Shown here one piece after another: positions 1-12,588 of a stretch of 64,000 nt of DNA; within the stretch, counting starts at the first letter, position 1, and each line of letters begins with the position of its first letter. The stretch lies in assembly GCA_026023565.1 (NCBI GenBank), contig JAPETS010000018.1, forward strand, positions 558,001 through 622,000, given 5' to 3'. Source of the stretch: Cirrosporium novae-zelandiae. Its lineage: Eukaryota. Position numbers and translations under genes: made by a program. A model generated the notes under the pieces. That model saw nothing but the letters and a program-made list of their open reading frames with translations. It ran no database searches and was not told the DNA's origin.

Positions 1-2538
1 GGGATAGAGTACCGGATGGTGTAGATGCGGTATTAGGAGCTCCTGATAGCGATGGTGTACCTAATCTGTCGACACTGTCACGAGCAGCAGACATGAGGAC
101 GGAACCTAGAGTCGCTGGATCAAATCTTGTTGGTAGGGTTGCGGTTGACAAGCTGGCAGAGGAGCCGAGAGGGCCAAGAACGGTACCTGTATGGCTACTC
201 CCGCTACCGGCTGAGATGGGTAGAGGCGACATCAGCGGGCTTTGTGGCTGCAGGTCTTTGTGTTGAGGACCTGCACGGTGAGCTTGGAAGAGCTCGAGAA
301 GGTGACCTTGTTCGCTCTTACGGATGCCCTTGAGATCGAGTATTTTGCGAAAATTGACGTCGGATTTGTCAGCGATGTGGATAAGATAAGCTTGGACCAG
401 GGCTTCTGGGGGAGAGGGGCGGACTTGGATTGTTTTGAGAAGGGGATCAAGGCGTGAAAGGGAATTGGTGACACGCTTGGTGTAGCTTTGTGGAGGTGGA
501 GTATTAGGCTCATTAATAGTAAGGAGAGAGGTAAAACCGGATTTCAGGACATAGGAATCAAGAAGCATCTATCAAATTTTAGCGATGATTTGATGACAGA
601 CGAACAAAGTAAATTTACCTGTTCTGCGCCAACCTCAGAGATCGGACGGCATTGGACAATATTGGCAAGGTATGTGTTGGACAACAGCTCAACTAGGTTA
701 TCACAGAAAGCTCGAGCATATTGCTGCTTGTGTAATAAATGCAAGATATCCGATGATTTTTCTTTGACACGTGCAACCAAATCTAGTACATATGGACTGT
801 GGTCACCAACAGTGTCAAGCTTGTTCCAGGGTGTATTGCGCATTTGCCTCCAGCTAGGTTCGCATTCAACTTCTACCCTGCGTACAAGTCCTCTAACTGA
901 AGCGCTGGCAATCCCCATGAATGCATCCGCTTGACTTTGCAGGTCAATCGTTGATTTTAGTTGTTCATCCACCCGACTCTTGATCTTTTCTTCTAATTGG
1001 GTGCAAGTGTTATAACAATAATCGGCTGTATTCAAAACCAACACAAAATCCTCAATGGATGGTGAATCAGAAGGTGTTTTCCCGGATGGTTTCTCGCTAA
1101 TATGATAGAGCAGCACTTGCTGAGCATACTGGTCTAGATACTTGCCAAACACCTTTGATAAATCAACTAACCGGATACCTGTTGAGAGTTTGGCGCATTG
1201 AGCTAGGGTGACACGGTAGAAATTGAATAGTTCTGTAGAGGAAGATATTACTGATTGTGATGTAAACTCCTCGTCTGGAGATCGAGGAGGTTGAATGCGA
1301 TATTTGGGCATCATTCCGGCTAACTGTCTGTCTTGCGATTCGACCCATATGCTGAAATATGGTTCAAAGGCTTCTGATATCGCCTGGGTAAATGCTGGTA
1401 TCTTTTCGTCGCTCGATGTTAGGGTCTCAAATGATCCGCGAGAGCTACTAGAGAATCGCTTTTCAAGACTATGTTCGAATTCCAATGTTTCTTGCAGACA
1501 TGAGAGCATTAAATTCACATCCAAGGTCTGATTATCCGTCTTTCTCATCGTCTTCTCGAGGATGGACTTGAAGTCATCTCTTGTGCCCTCGCAGAAAACA
1601 GTAGCCAATATCTCATTAACCCTCCACAGGGGCGGGAATATTGCTGCATGCTCTTCATCATATGTCTTAAGCATTCTCCGGAACCATGAAAACCGTCGCG
1701 ATATGTTGTCGAGAGAGCCCGCTTCATCATTCCCACGAAAAACTTGTCGATATTCTCTCAATTGTGTATTGCAGTACCACGTAATTAACCTCGACCGAGC
1801 AGTTTCTCCCAAAGCATCCATGACAAGACAAGCTTCTGATAACATCCCCCTCTTTTGAGCAATTTCCCCTTTAGCAAATGTAATCTCAAAGTCCTCGCAT
1901 ACTTGTTCCAGAAGCTCTCTTTGAAGGTCTGATACATTTCTGCTCAACATGGCAATTTGATCAATTGACCGATATGATTTGAAGTGACCTATAAGTTGTA
2001 TGACTGCTTGCAGCAACTGTGCACACTCCCGATATTGACGAGTTTTGCTTAGCCCACGAAGCTGCTCGTATGCTGTTGTGAGCATCTGTAACCTCTTGAG
2101 GGCAGTCATGGACAGTGCCAGGTTTTTCTTAGTATTATCCAATCTCTTAATATCTGCTGTCATCTCCGTGATTGTCCGTTCCGTCTCTTGTGCCCGTTGG
2201 CGCACATCTTCCACCTTTGCAAATAGTTCTGCTAGCTCAGCCTTGGCCTCCTGAATTCTTTGTACGCTCTCGACATCTGACTCGGACTGTTGGATAACGA
2301 GTTCAGCGATATCATCGTCAAGTTGGTTCTGATACGTTTGGAGTGCTTTGGAGGTCCTGCCGACAGAGCCAAGGGTCGAAGGATGGGAGAAAATGGCGTT
2401 CAAGTGTTCAAGAGGATCATAATCGGCTACCAGGTCTAACGTTAGAGCTTTGAGGTTTATAGGTACAGCTGAAGAAGCTTGCTTACCTGAGTCTAGAGAA
2501 GTCGGAGCTAGACTCGAAGATCCATTGACTTCAGTCAT
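1..2538 (-). CDS. VPS53: GARP complex subunit Vps53 (3' end runs off the window)
   Basis: Typical Vps53 motifs (DYDPLEHLNAIFSHP, MTADIKRLDNTKKNL, EAGSLDNISRRFSWFRRMLK). Likely ATG at 2538. Intron 618..569 (GTAAAT...GCTAA...ATAG) joins GAEQ|MLLDSYVLK. The frame then stays open to base 1 (NFRKILDLKG...FDPATLGS). Confidence 0.95.
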
Positions 2539-3065
2539 GAGGCTGATAGGTTCTTGGTACACCTGATTAAAAATTTCTAGGCATACGGTGCTTTAGAAAG
2601 AGTAAGAAATAAAACCATGCAACAATGTTTGGTTGGCCCTAATTTGGTAAATATATAATTACCTAACTGGCTAAGGATCCTTTCAGGAAGTTAAATGATG
2701 ATCGACTTTTAGGCCTGAGGCCGAAGCTATCTCCGCCGGCAATTGTAAGCGAAACGTGGAGTAGTCAAAGACAGTATTTGAATTGCTCCACCCTCTGGAC
2801 ACGGATAGTTTTGCATTTCTAGTTCGAACTTGTTGATAGTTGCAAAGAGATGTGATGAAAAATATGGATGAACCCAAATTAAATCTGTTGCTGAATTACC
2901 TCAGCCTTATTTTGTTTGGGTATATATCGAACACAGCTGTTAGCTGCATCTATCTCAATGTTACAACCATGGATTTTGCCACCATTATTCCCTTTATAAC
3001 CACTATCCTTCGTAAAATGCTTTAGATAACGCCTTGAACACCTTGCTAGCCTCGTAGAATACTCC

Positions 3066-3809
3066 TCATCTAAATCCACCCCGGTTCCGACCCCGCCATC
3101 TACCCTTTTTGCCTCGACCTCCTTGAGCTCTTCCGCTGCCTTGATTCCTTTCCCATTCTATTTCTTCCTCTTTTTCTGCTTCCTCCCTCTTTTTATCTTG
3201 CTCTCTTTCAATTTCCTCCTTTGTCTTCTCGATCTTTAGTGTAGGTTTCGGCAGGTTTTCTTCCCATTTTGGATGTACTCCTTCGGTACAAGCGCTTCCA
3301 TACGGACAGAAACCCGAAAGATAGAAGAGGCAGAGAGTCTTCCTGACATGCTTCTTACTGCATCTTGGTCCTAGCTCACAGAAACCTCGGTCATAGTTTT
3401 CGCATGGTGGAAGTTTGCTCTCGGGGCTTATATGAAGGTAAAGGCACTCATCTCCGTTCGAACAATAGCCGTTTCGTGCATAGAAATTGCATTCGGGCAT
3501 TCTTCGTAAATTGTATTCGTGAAGGAACTCGCAAGATTCTCCCTTCTTGCAAAGGCCTCGGAGCCAATGTTTGCAAACCAGATTGTTGGAGGAGTGTGAG
3601 ACTGGATGTTTGTCCGGACATCGACTGCCTAAAGGGCAATGTCCTTCACGAAAAGCTTTGCATACTGGCCGGTCTGCGGATAATCCAAATCCATATTCAC
3701 GCCTTAAAAAGTTGGAGAATGTGAATTCGTATTTTGGAGGTGGAGCGGAAGGCAAAATGGCTTGTTCAACGGGATCGAATGAAGCAACTCGTTGGGTTTC
3801 CACCGACAT
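3066..3809 (-). CDS. YTH1: mRNA 3'-end processing factor Yth1/CPSF30 (tandem CCCH zinc fingers)
   Basis: Five CCCH fingers including [30 protein letters not shown]. Intronless, ATG at 3809. Confidence 0.95.
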   Translation of the reverse strand: MSVETQRVASFDPVEQAILPSAPPPKYEFTFSNFLRREYGFGLSADRPVCKAFREGHCPLGSRCPDKHPVSHSSNNLVCKHWLRGLCKKGESCEFLHEYNLRRMPECNFYARNGYCSNGDECLYLHISPESKLPPCENYDRGFCELGPRCSKKHVRKTLCLFYLSGFCPYGSACTEGVHPKWEENLPKPTLKIEKTKEEIEREQDKKREEAEKEEEIEWERNQGSGRAQGGRGKKGRWRGRNRGGFR

Positions 3810-4405
3810 CTTGTTCAAGGAAGGACAAGGATGAAGAGATATGAGATTTGTGATGACACTGTCCTTCTCAAGGAACCTTCTCTGTGTAGCCTGTGGGGGT
3901 TTTTTTCAGCGATATTAGTTGTGTTTGTAGTGTAACAATTTTCGGATTATCAATCAACAAAATCCAAAGATATGAAGTCGAGCTTGAGCTTGAGCTATAG
4001 TCGGTCGGGGTGGGCAGAATCCTCCCGAACTCTTTTTATTTTATGCAAGGATGTGAAGTTGAACTTATGAAAGATATGCTACCGAGAATCGCGGACCGAG
4101 TAGTGCACCGCGATTCTAGGCAGCATCTCTACTCTTATAACAAAATATTCCAGAGTCAGGTTATATCTTTGTTGAAACCATCCGGGCCTCGGGCTATGGC
4201 AATCTAAAGTCCATGAATACGGTTTTATCGGATCTAAGAAGGAAATAACAAGAGAAACCTTGTTTATGTTTATATAAATGCCATCGTGGATCTCTCAAGG
4301 CAGCCTTCTTCCATAGACAAAATTATTGAGTTGTATTGATATTTTATCTACTATTCAATTCTATTTCTATTGACATCCAGATCCACATATTGTTGTTAGT
4401 TAATC

Positions 4406-5513
4406 ATGGCCAAATTTGATAAACACACTACAGCAGAGGAAGTATCCAAGTTATTCGCTGATGAGATTCGTGGGAAAACAAGTTAGCCACCCCTTTCGCT
4501 ATCCTAAAGGATCTCGGAAGTTTTCAGTATTGAATATTAAATAAAATATGCACATATAGTTTTGATCACAGGCGTCACCAAGGGCGGTCTAGGTGCAGAA
4601 GCCGCCCTGGCTCTATCCCTCAGCCACCCCAAACTCCTTATCCTGGCGGGCCGCAGTCTCGATAAACTTCTGGCTGTGGAAAAAGAAATCAATTCCATCT
4701 CACCAAATGTGGTGACCCGGCGCCTCCTGCTAGACCTTAGCTCGTTGGAAAAAGTAAGAAAGGCTGCAGCGGAAGTTGATACGTATGCAGAGCCAATTGA
4801 CAGATTGATTAATAATGCGGGGATCATGGCGGCCCCGTACTCGACCACTGAAGATGGGATCGAGTCGCAGTTTGGGACGAATTACGTTGGACCGTTTTTG
4901 TTTACGAATTTGATCATGGGAAGGATTTTAGCGGCGGGGGAGGGGGCAAGGATTGTTAATGTGAGTAGTGATGGGCATAGTATTCAGCAAATCCGATTCG
5001 AGGATTATAATTTTGGGAATGGGGAAACGTATAATAAGTGGAAGGCTTATGGGCAGGCAAAGACTGGAAATATTCTTTTTTCGGTTGCTTTGGCGGAGAA
5101 GGTTGGTGGAAAGGGGGTGAGAGCTTATAGCTTACATCCTGGCATGATTATGACGAATTTGGGGAGATATATCACGAAGGGTGAAATGAAGAATTTTGGA
5201 TGGCTGGACGAAAGCGGGAATGTGAATGAGGGATTGTGGAAGAGTATTCAGGAGGGCGCGGCCACGCATGTTGTGGCGGCTTTTGACCCGAGTATTTCTG
5301 GTAAGTCCGTCAGATATATGTTACCTTGAGAAGATACCCTGGTTTGGTTGAAATGTTAACCTAGAATGCACGTATACAGACCAGAATGGTGCGTATCTCC
5401 AAGATTGCAAGGTGGACATGGAGGCTTGCAAACCGTATGCGAAGGACAAAAACGAGGCAGAGAGACTTTGGAAGTTGAGTGAGAGTCTAGTCGGTCAGGA
5501 ATTCAGCTATTGA
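4406..5513 (+). CDS. Short-chain dehydrogenase/reductase (retinol dehydrogenase/WWOX-like subgroup)
   Basis: Exons 4406-4481, 4560-5300, 5380-5513. Motifs ITGVTKGGLG, LINNAG, catalytic YGQAK, SLHPG and C-terminal AERLWKLSESLVG. Confidence 0.9.
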
Positions 5514-6064
5514 ATAGCTGTCTGTGAAAAGCACAAGAAGGAGCACTCTAGAAATTTTCAAAATTGATCCTTGAAAGCCCCTTTCGAATTGGATTTTTAG
5601 AGGGCTTTTTGGATGCAAGTGATCAACTGTCTTTACGTTTGATGCCACTGGTCTGGTTCCTCTGTACACGAGGGACTGAGAGGGGGTTGGGTGGGGTCTA
5701 GGAGAGTATATAACGGATTCTTAGTGTCTTGTTTCTTCAGCAGTCAAGGCTCAGGTTAGACCACTCATAGTAATTGAAATCTATATCTAAACTAGGCACC
5801 ATAAGGATCCATACCAACAATCAAGACCTATTATCTCTAGGTCTACTAACACACATGGCTACTCTGAACCAAATTCGAATAAAAAGAAAGAATTATCCCT
5901 CAACGATCTATGTAAACAACTTACACAAGAAAACAGCATTGGATCCTAACCTGATAAGCCCTAGCGCACCCACCAACTTTCCCCGCCGGAAGCCCCAACT
6001 CCATGTACCTCCAAAAAAAAACAGCTCTATCCAGTACCCATCCTCCACTACTAACTCCCCAAAA

Positions 6065-7219
6065 ATGTCACTCCGACCTTCTACCGCTAGACTAGATGCC
6101 ACCAAAGCTCTCAGAGAGCTCCTCCGGCCCTCTCAGCCACGGCAATGGCTTCGAGAAAATCGATACCACAGCACCGACACATTAACAGCACGAACAACAC
6201 TCACAAACACCCACTCCCTCCGCATTACCCTCCTACCACCCCACCACCGCACCTTCAGCACAACCCTCCCACTCCTAAAACACGGCGGCAAGCAAAACCA
6301 AAAACACAACATCGCACACGCCGAATCCGTCCTCGCATCATCATCCTCACCATCCTCCTCCAAATCCTCCTCCAAGTCCTCATCCACCCCCGAAAAATTC
6401 GACCCCCTAGACTTTTCCATCCTCCAAGCAGAAATCGATCGCGCGGTAGAGAAGCTGAAGGATGAATTGAAGGATTTGAGAGGAGGGGGGAGGGTTACGC
6501 CGGAGGTGCTGGGGAGGCTGATGGTGAGGTTGAAGACGGGGCCGACGGCTGCGGCGGCAGCGGCGGGGGAGGGGAAGGCGGGGAAGAAGGGGAAAAGTGG
6601 GAAAGGTGCGGGGGAGGGTGCAGGGGGAAAGGAGGAGGGTGTTCGGTTGGGGAGTATTGCTCAGGTGGTGCCGAGGGGGGGGAGGGGCATTGTTGTGTTG
6701 GTTGGAGAGGCGGAGGTGAGTTTTTGAATTTTCTTTTTTTTTTGGCTTTCTGTTATCTGTTTTTTCTATATCTATATATCTTATCCCCCCCCCTCCCCCT
6801 CCCCCACCCCTCCAAAAAACCAAAAACCAAAAACCAAACACCAAAAAACCTAACCCCCCCTCCCCCTAACATAGTACATCAAACCAATAACCACAACCCT
6901 CCTCCAATCCCCCTACTCCCTAACCCCCCAACCTGACCCCCACAACTCCCTCCAACTAAACATCTCCCTCCCGCCCCCCACCGCCGAGTCCCGCCAATCC
7001 GCCATCAAAGACGCCAAAGCCGCTGGAGAGAGAGCGAATTTTGCACTCAGGGAGGCTAGGGGCGCACATAATAAGAAGTTGAGGGCGGCGGGGTTGGCCA
7101 GGGTGGTGGGGCCGGATGAGGGGAGGAGGGCGCAGGGGAAGATGGAGGAGGTTGTGAAGAGGGGGGAGGGGAGGGTGAAGGAGGCGGTGGAGGGGGGGGT
7201 TAGGGCAATTGGGGGGTAG
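6065..7219 (+). CDS. RRF1: Mitochondrial ribosome recycling factor
   Basis: Exons 6065-6715 and 6875-7219. Arg-rich presequence, then AVEKLKDELKDLRGGGR, LGSIAQVVPRGGR, PPPTAESRQ and LREARGAHNKKLR, matching fungal RRF. Confidence 0.85.
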
Positions 7220-7540
7220 AGTGGTTTGGGGGGGTGGTTTGGGGGGTTGGTTTTTATTGATTGATTGGTTGGTTGATTGACTGGTTCGGATTTTCTATAT
7301 CGTCCATGTATACTACAAATTACAAAAGCATGTTTCAAAATACCAATTTAAAAACAACATTCCTTTTTTCTTTCCTTTCTTCCTTAAATTTGTTCGTCGT
7401 ACATACATATGCAATATTGCTTTGGCTTTCGCCTTTTTAGCTTACTCGTATATATATAAAAAAAAATTATTTTCTGGATGATAATGGTACACAGCCCAAT
7501 CAATAACTCTCTCGAGGCCACACACACTCTCTCTCTCTAT

Positions 7541-8840
7541 CTATCTTGCGGCCGGAGGAGGAGGTTTCTGCAGCACCGGTTTCCTAACCGGCGGTGTCAT
7601 GACCTTCTGCACCTTCTCGATCAACTTCTGTCTATCCGGCGACAGCCACGTAGGATTCCTGCCCAAAACCTCCTCAACTTTCCTCAACACCCGGTCGTTC
7701 GATTTCACACCCATGTCATACCTCCCCGCGACAAACGTCTGCAAAAGGTCTTTTCTGTCCTGCTCCTGTAGGCTTTGAAATTCAACCTCCTTGGGCTTCA
7801 CAACCTCCCCCTTTTTCACTTCTTGTTCGTCGGCTTCCTTTTGGGCGAGTTCTTTGGCGAGGGCTTCGACCTGCTCGCGCTCGGTGGCGGAGGTGAAGAA
7901 GACGGGTTCGTTGTTTAGGAGGCGTTTGGCGGTGGTTTGGGGGGCTGTCCATTTTACGCCGGGGTCTAGGCCGCCAAGTCGGCGGAGGAGTCGCTCCACT
8001 TCGTCTTTCTGGCCGGATGCAGAGCTGGAGATTGCGGGGCCTTCGGTTGTGAGACCGAGGGCTTTGAGGAGGGCGTTTCGGTCGACCTCTCCGGTTTCTG
8101 TGGTTGTTAATGCTGGGGGTGAGTAGGGCTTGCTGGCCAATTTCTTCTTTTCTTTCTCTTCGAAATATTCTTTTTCTTCTGGGGTGAGGACCTCGAAAAC
8201 GTCGACGTTGTCATTTGCGTCTGCATCCGGGTCTCGACCGCGCCTACGACCTCGACGTCCTCGATCTCCGCGACCTCCCCGGTTACCTCCTCTGCCACCT
8301 CGGCCGCCTCTAGATACATTTCCCTGACCGAGGCCCTGGCCTGGTGCTAGACGTTGTGCTGCAACGCTTCTGAGTGCGCCGGTATTTTGTCGGTGGGGGA
8401 GGGTGGGGGTTCTCGCGGTGGACGGACTTCGTCGGATCAGCAGCTTTGCGGGGACACTAGACGGTCGAGCTCCAAGGGATCTAGCATCAATCCCCGCGGA
8501 TGGGTGAGAACGGTGCTGCGAGAGTGATTGAACGTCCCTGATGGCGGAGGTGCCCGCTCGAGTCCGGGGGGCTACTGGTGGGTTGTTAGTAAGGCGTATC
8601 AGAGTTGAGTAGAAAGATAGGGCATAAAGATGGGGCAATAATGCTCAAGTTCCACATACCTCTACCGTCAGTCCTTGGGGGCCCTGACCTTGCTCCATCC
8701 TCTTCAGCTGCCCGGGATGCGGAGATGTGGAATTCTCGCAACGAAGTGGCGATGCCAGCATATGCAATAGCTAAGTCGGAGCGTATTGACTGAGATCCCA
8801 CCCTGCTAATAGCAGTGGCGGAGAAATTCAGTTTGTGCAT
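7541..8840 (-). CDS. Hypothetical protein with mitochondrial-type presequence and RGG-rich segment
   Basis: Exon 1 8840-8660 (contains REFHISASR, presequence-like). Intron 8659-8575 (GTATGT...ACTAAC...CAG). Exon 2 8574-7541. Function not recognised. Confidence 0.7.
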
Positions 8841-9174
8841 AATGGTGGAGGGGAGTGTGAGAGCGGGAAATAGTTATCCAATTGATACGGCAGCGGATCT
8901 AGAATTTTGGAGTTTGGAGATGGTTACCAAAATGGTACTAGTGCGGACTTTGTAAATACGCGACGTAACGATCATTGGGTATTGTGTTGGAATAAAATCA
9001 AAATAACAACTGATACCCGATTATCAGGTCAGTTCTCTAACTGCGAAAGCGTCTATTCATTTACAAACCCCTCATCATTCTCAATCTCAATCTCAACCCC
9101 AACCTAACAACCTCCATCTGAATATAATCTCAGCCCTCTATCTATATCTCACGAAACCAATACAGAAATCCACC

Positions 9175-9441
9175 ATGCTTCGCCTTCAACCAACCATCAT
9201 AACCCTCACCCAGCAAGACATCCAAAACTATGACGAATCGCGCAAAGAAAATAAATCCAATCGCAACATCCAAACCGCCTCCTCCAATAATGACACGGCT
9301 GCAACCAAGAGTTCGGACTCGGAGGCTACGATGGATCCTAATGATGAGCTGAGGCCATTGCCGGGTGAGAGGGTGAGCCGACAGGGTATAGGATTGGGAT
9401 CGCGAAGCAGGGAGGAGAGAATTGGACTTGGAAGAGGTTGA
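9175..9441 (+). CDS. CDC26: Anaphase-promoting complex subunit Cdc26-like
   Basis: N-terminus MLRLQPTIITLTQQDIQNY fits the Cdc26 MLRxxPTxIxL motif. Good CACCATG context. C-terminal SREERIGL. Confidence 0.75.
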   Translation: MLRLQPTIITLTQQDIQNYDESRKENKSNRNIQTASSNNDTAATKSSDSEATMDPNDELRPLPGERVSRQGIGLGSRSREERIGLGRG

Positions 9442-11843
9442 AAATGAAATGAAAAATTAGGAAGGTGATGAGGTTAGTGCTAGGAGAAGAGAATGTTGAA
9501 GCTTGGATCTTTGAGAAGGGAATTACTTGGAAAGGTGGTCCCCGTTGTGGTTTATAAGAGGCCCATGATGGTTTACACGAGGTGATAGTGATGAGTTTAC
9601 GAAGGGGTTGGGGCTATTCCGGCAAGATACACTACAAGAATGATAGGATATTGGGATGGTCTTCCCATTTCAGGTTGCTCAGATACAGGCTTCTCTTGAT
9701 GGACATAAGTACGCTGGATCAGCTATGGTTAGTGGACAAACTTTGCGTTATTGGGGTCGAGACTGATATCTTTGTGCAGGATACAATAGTGAATTGGATC
9801 GAGAGATCATCTTGGTATCATCGTTGAAGATAGCTGCAAGCGCTTCACATGGCACAGATACCTATTTCTCGAAGGTTATGAAATAAAAAGTGATGCTCTC
9901 TTTCTCCTATATATTTTCTCTCGAGGTTACTTCTTCCTATCAGGAATCCTAAACACCACCAATGAAGCTCGCTCTCCACAGTATATGCATGTCCATTAAG
10001 CTTACTGATCCTATTCAGATTATGCTAGCTATAATAGGCCTGTTTATATTATATTTTGAAAGCTGAAATAACTAGAGATCTGATGCATATATTTATGGAT
10101 AAAAGTTATAGTATCCTGTTGAACACCTTCATCTTGTGATGATGAACAAGAAATTGATTTTAGTGAGGTTGTGAAACTTTGTGTGAATACTGAAAATAAC
10201 GATGAATAAGTTACATCCTGCATTCGTGATTAGATATTCTACAACCGCACTTCAACTGGCATTGCTATATAGAAGAGCTTTTCAGAGCCATGCTTTATTC
10301 ATACCCCTTCCTCATAGAATATGGACTCTGATAGTGCCAATGAACCTCGTAAGAGGTCCAATCCATAGGCATGGATTCCAACGGGCCCAAGGACTCGAGA
10401 CCAGGTTGCAGGCCTCTAGTTCATGGCACCCAGCTTGAAAAGGGGATGCACAGCAAAGGATTATCGACTTCACGCTATGGTTTTGGTCTTAGAATTGGAG
10501 ATAGCTGTGTTACAACCATGGCAATCAAGCTCAAAGAGAGGTTGGGCGGCTATGAAGTCGGGGTAGTTGCTGCTAAGAAAACAGAGGACATGACTTGATG
10601 GGGGTGTTTTCTATCGGATGTATTGGTGCTTACGCTGGCTAGAATTATTGGCCCAGGAAGATGTTATCATGAGTCAGGCTGAGGGAACCAAAGAGCATGC
10701 CTTAGTGTGGCAACTCTTCTTATCTAACCCATGTTGCTGAAGGGTAGTTGTAGCATATGATCAGGCTGTAAGCAATGACATGGGAATGGGCGGTATGGTT
10801 AGATGCTTCAAATCCCGTAAATCCATCATGACAAAACGGTTGGAAATGACTTAGGGTTTAGAGTTCAAACAAGCAGGGGGGCGATTATCGGGACTATGGA
10901 TGATTTGAAAATAGGATAGATAGTTAAGCATGTTGGGATGCTTTGTAGTTATTTGTCTTGTATTACTAAAGTAGCAATTTGTGTACAAATGCTGAGAAAG
11001 AGGTTCTTGTTGGTGGGGCCGGTCAAAGTTTAGCGGAAGCTTGATGTGCCTTACATTAGTTTCTTGATTATCACACACTGACAAAGCCTTTCCTTTGACT
11101 TTCTACGCTGTACACATCAACCAGAACAACAATAATGCAATAATGAGCATCAATAAAGCTTACCAAACAAAAAGAGCAATCACCTACAATTGACTAGTCT
11201 ATCTTTCGCTAAATCCTTGTTTTCAGATCAAAAGAACGCCGCTTGATGCACCAATCCAGTCCCACCCACTCAGCCCTCGTTGAGCTCATTGTAACCTGGC
11301 TAAATATGGAGACTAAGATCCGAGCGACAACACATGAGGACGAGAGTTCATGGAGCCTCCAGAATCTTCTTGATCCCTGAGAAATCTGCTAAAACGTCTT
11401 GGCTATCATACTCGCTTTGCTTCCCCTATCACGAGATTCCCCATCCTGATGCATCTATGCACCACTAACACTGAGAGGATCCAGAGTAACCCAATGGCGT
11501 CTTGATGAAAAGAGTATCTTTGTCAGGAGCTTATATCGATAATGAACACTGACATCAAGACTAATGGCGGGGCAACACGGCAGAGTTTATCACGGGAAAA
11601 ATCAACCTTAACCCCCTTGGAGTTGGTCTGTTCTGCTACTTACAACATCATTGGTAATCTCGCAAATAAGTTGAATAAGTTGCAAATAATCATACTTGAA
11701 TACGAGCCCTCCGAACCTATATAAGCGTCTCTGCTCCTCCTCTCTAAATCCTTCTCACCATCAATCTACATTCACATCTTTCTGATCTTATTACATTTTT
11801 ATATACCTTACACTAACTACATCTACCCTCGACATCATTCACA

Positions 11844-12588
11844 ATGGCTCCCAAGGTTGCTATCGTCTTTGTGAGTACATCTTCCAGCCATTCTACGGCG
11901 TGGTGGTGGTATTTTTGTCTTTACTAACATGTTTTCTTCTAGTATTCCATGTATGGCCACATCAAGCAATTGGTCGAGGCCGAGAAGAAGGGCATTGAAG
12001 CTGCTGGTGGCAAGGTCGACGTCTACCAGTGAGCATTCCATATACCAACCAGCCAATTAGATCAAGTGTACTAACCATCTCACCCTTAGAGTCGAGGAAA
12101 CCCTTCCTCAAGCAGTCCTGACTGCCATGCACGCCCCTCCCAAATCAGACTATCCTCTTATCACCCCCGAAAAGCTCGCTGAATACGATGCATTCCTCTT
12201 CGGTATCCCAACAAGATACGGCAACTTCCCCGCCCAATGGAAAGCTTTCTGGGACAAGACTGGCGGTCTCTGGGCTACCGGTGGTCTCTGGGGTAAATAT
12301 GCTGGTCTCTTCATCTCCACTGGCACCATGGGTGGTGGTCAAGAATCCACTGCTATTGCTGCCATGAGCACTCTCGCCCATCATGGAATCATCTACGTTC
12401 CTCTCGGATACAAGACCGTCTTCCCTATCCTATCAGACTTGAGCGAAGTTCGGGGTGGAAGCGCCTGGGGTGCTGGTACTTTCTCTGCCGGTGATGGTTC
12501 CCGCCAACCCTCAGCCAAGGAACTTGAGCTTGCCTCGGCACACGGAAAGCAATTCTACGAAACTGTTGCAAAGGTTAATTTCGCCTGA
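11844..12588 (+). CDS. PST2: Flavodoxin-like NAD(P)H:quinone oxidoreductase (WrbA/Pst2/Ycp4/Alt a 7 family)
   Basis: Exons 11844-11870, 11943-12028, 12090-12588. Motifs [55 protein letters not shown] possible extended isoform runs to 12738 (see findings). Confidence 0.95.

Noticed and set aside
5774..6064. 97-aa N-terminal extension of RRF in the ORF track (TTG start)
   Set aside because: Artefact of alternative-start ORF calling. The ATG at 6065 begins a convincing mitochondrial presequence.
10851..10860. TTAGGG telomere-like hexamer (also near 13443)
   Set aside because: Single copies expected by chance; no tandem array.
9900..10900. Short ORFs between CDC26 and PST2
   Set aside because: No recognisable family motifs or coherent exon chain. 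Could be a relic, but unsupported.
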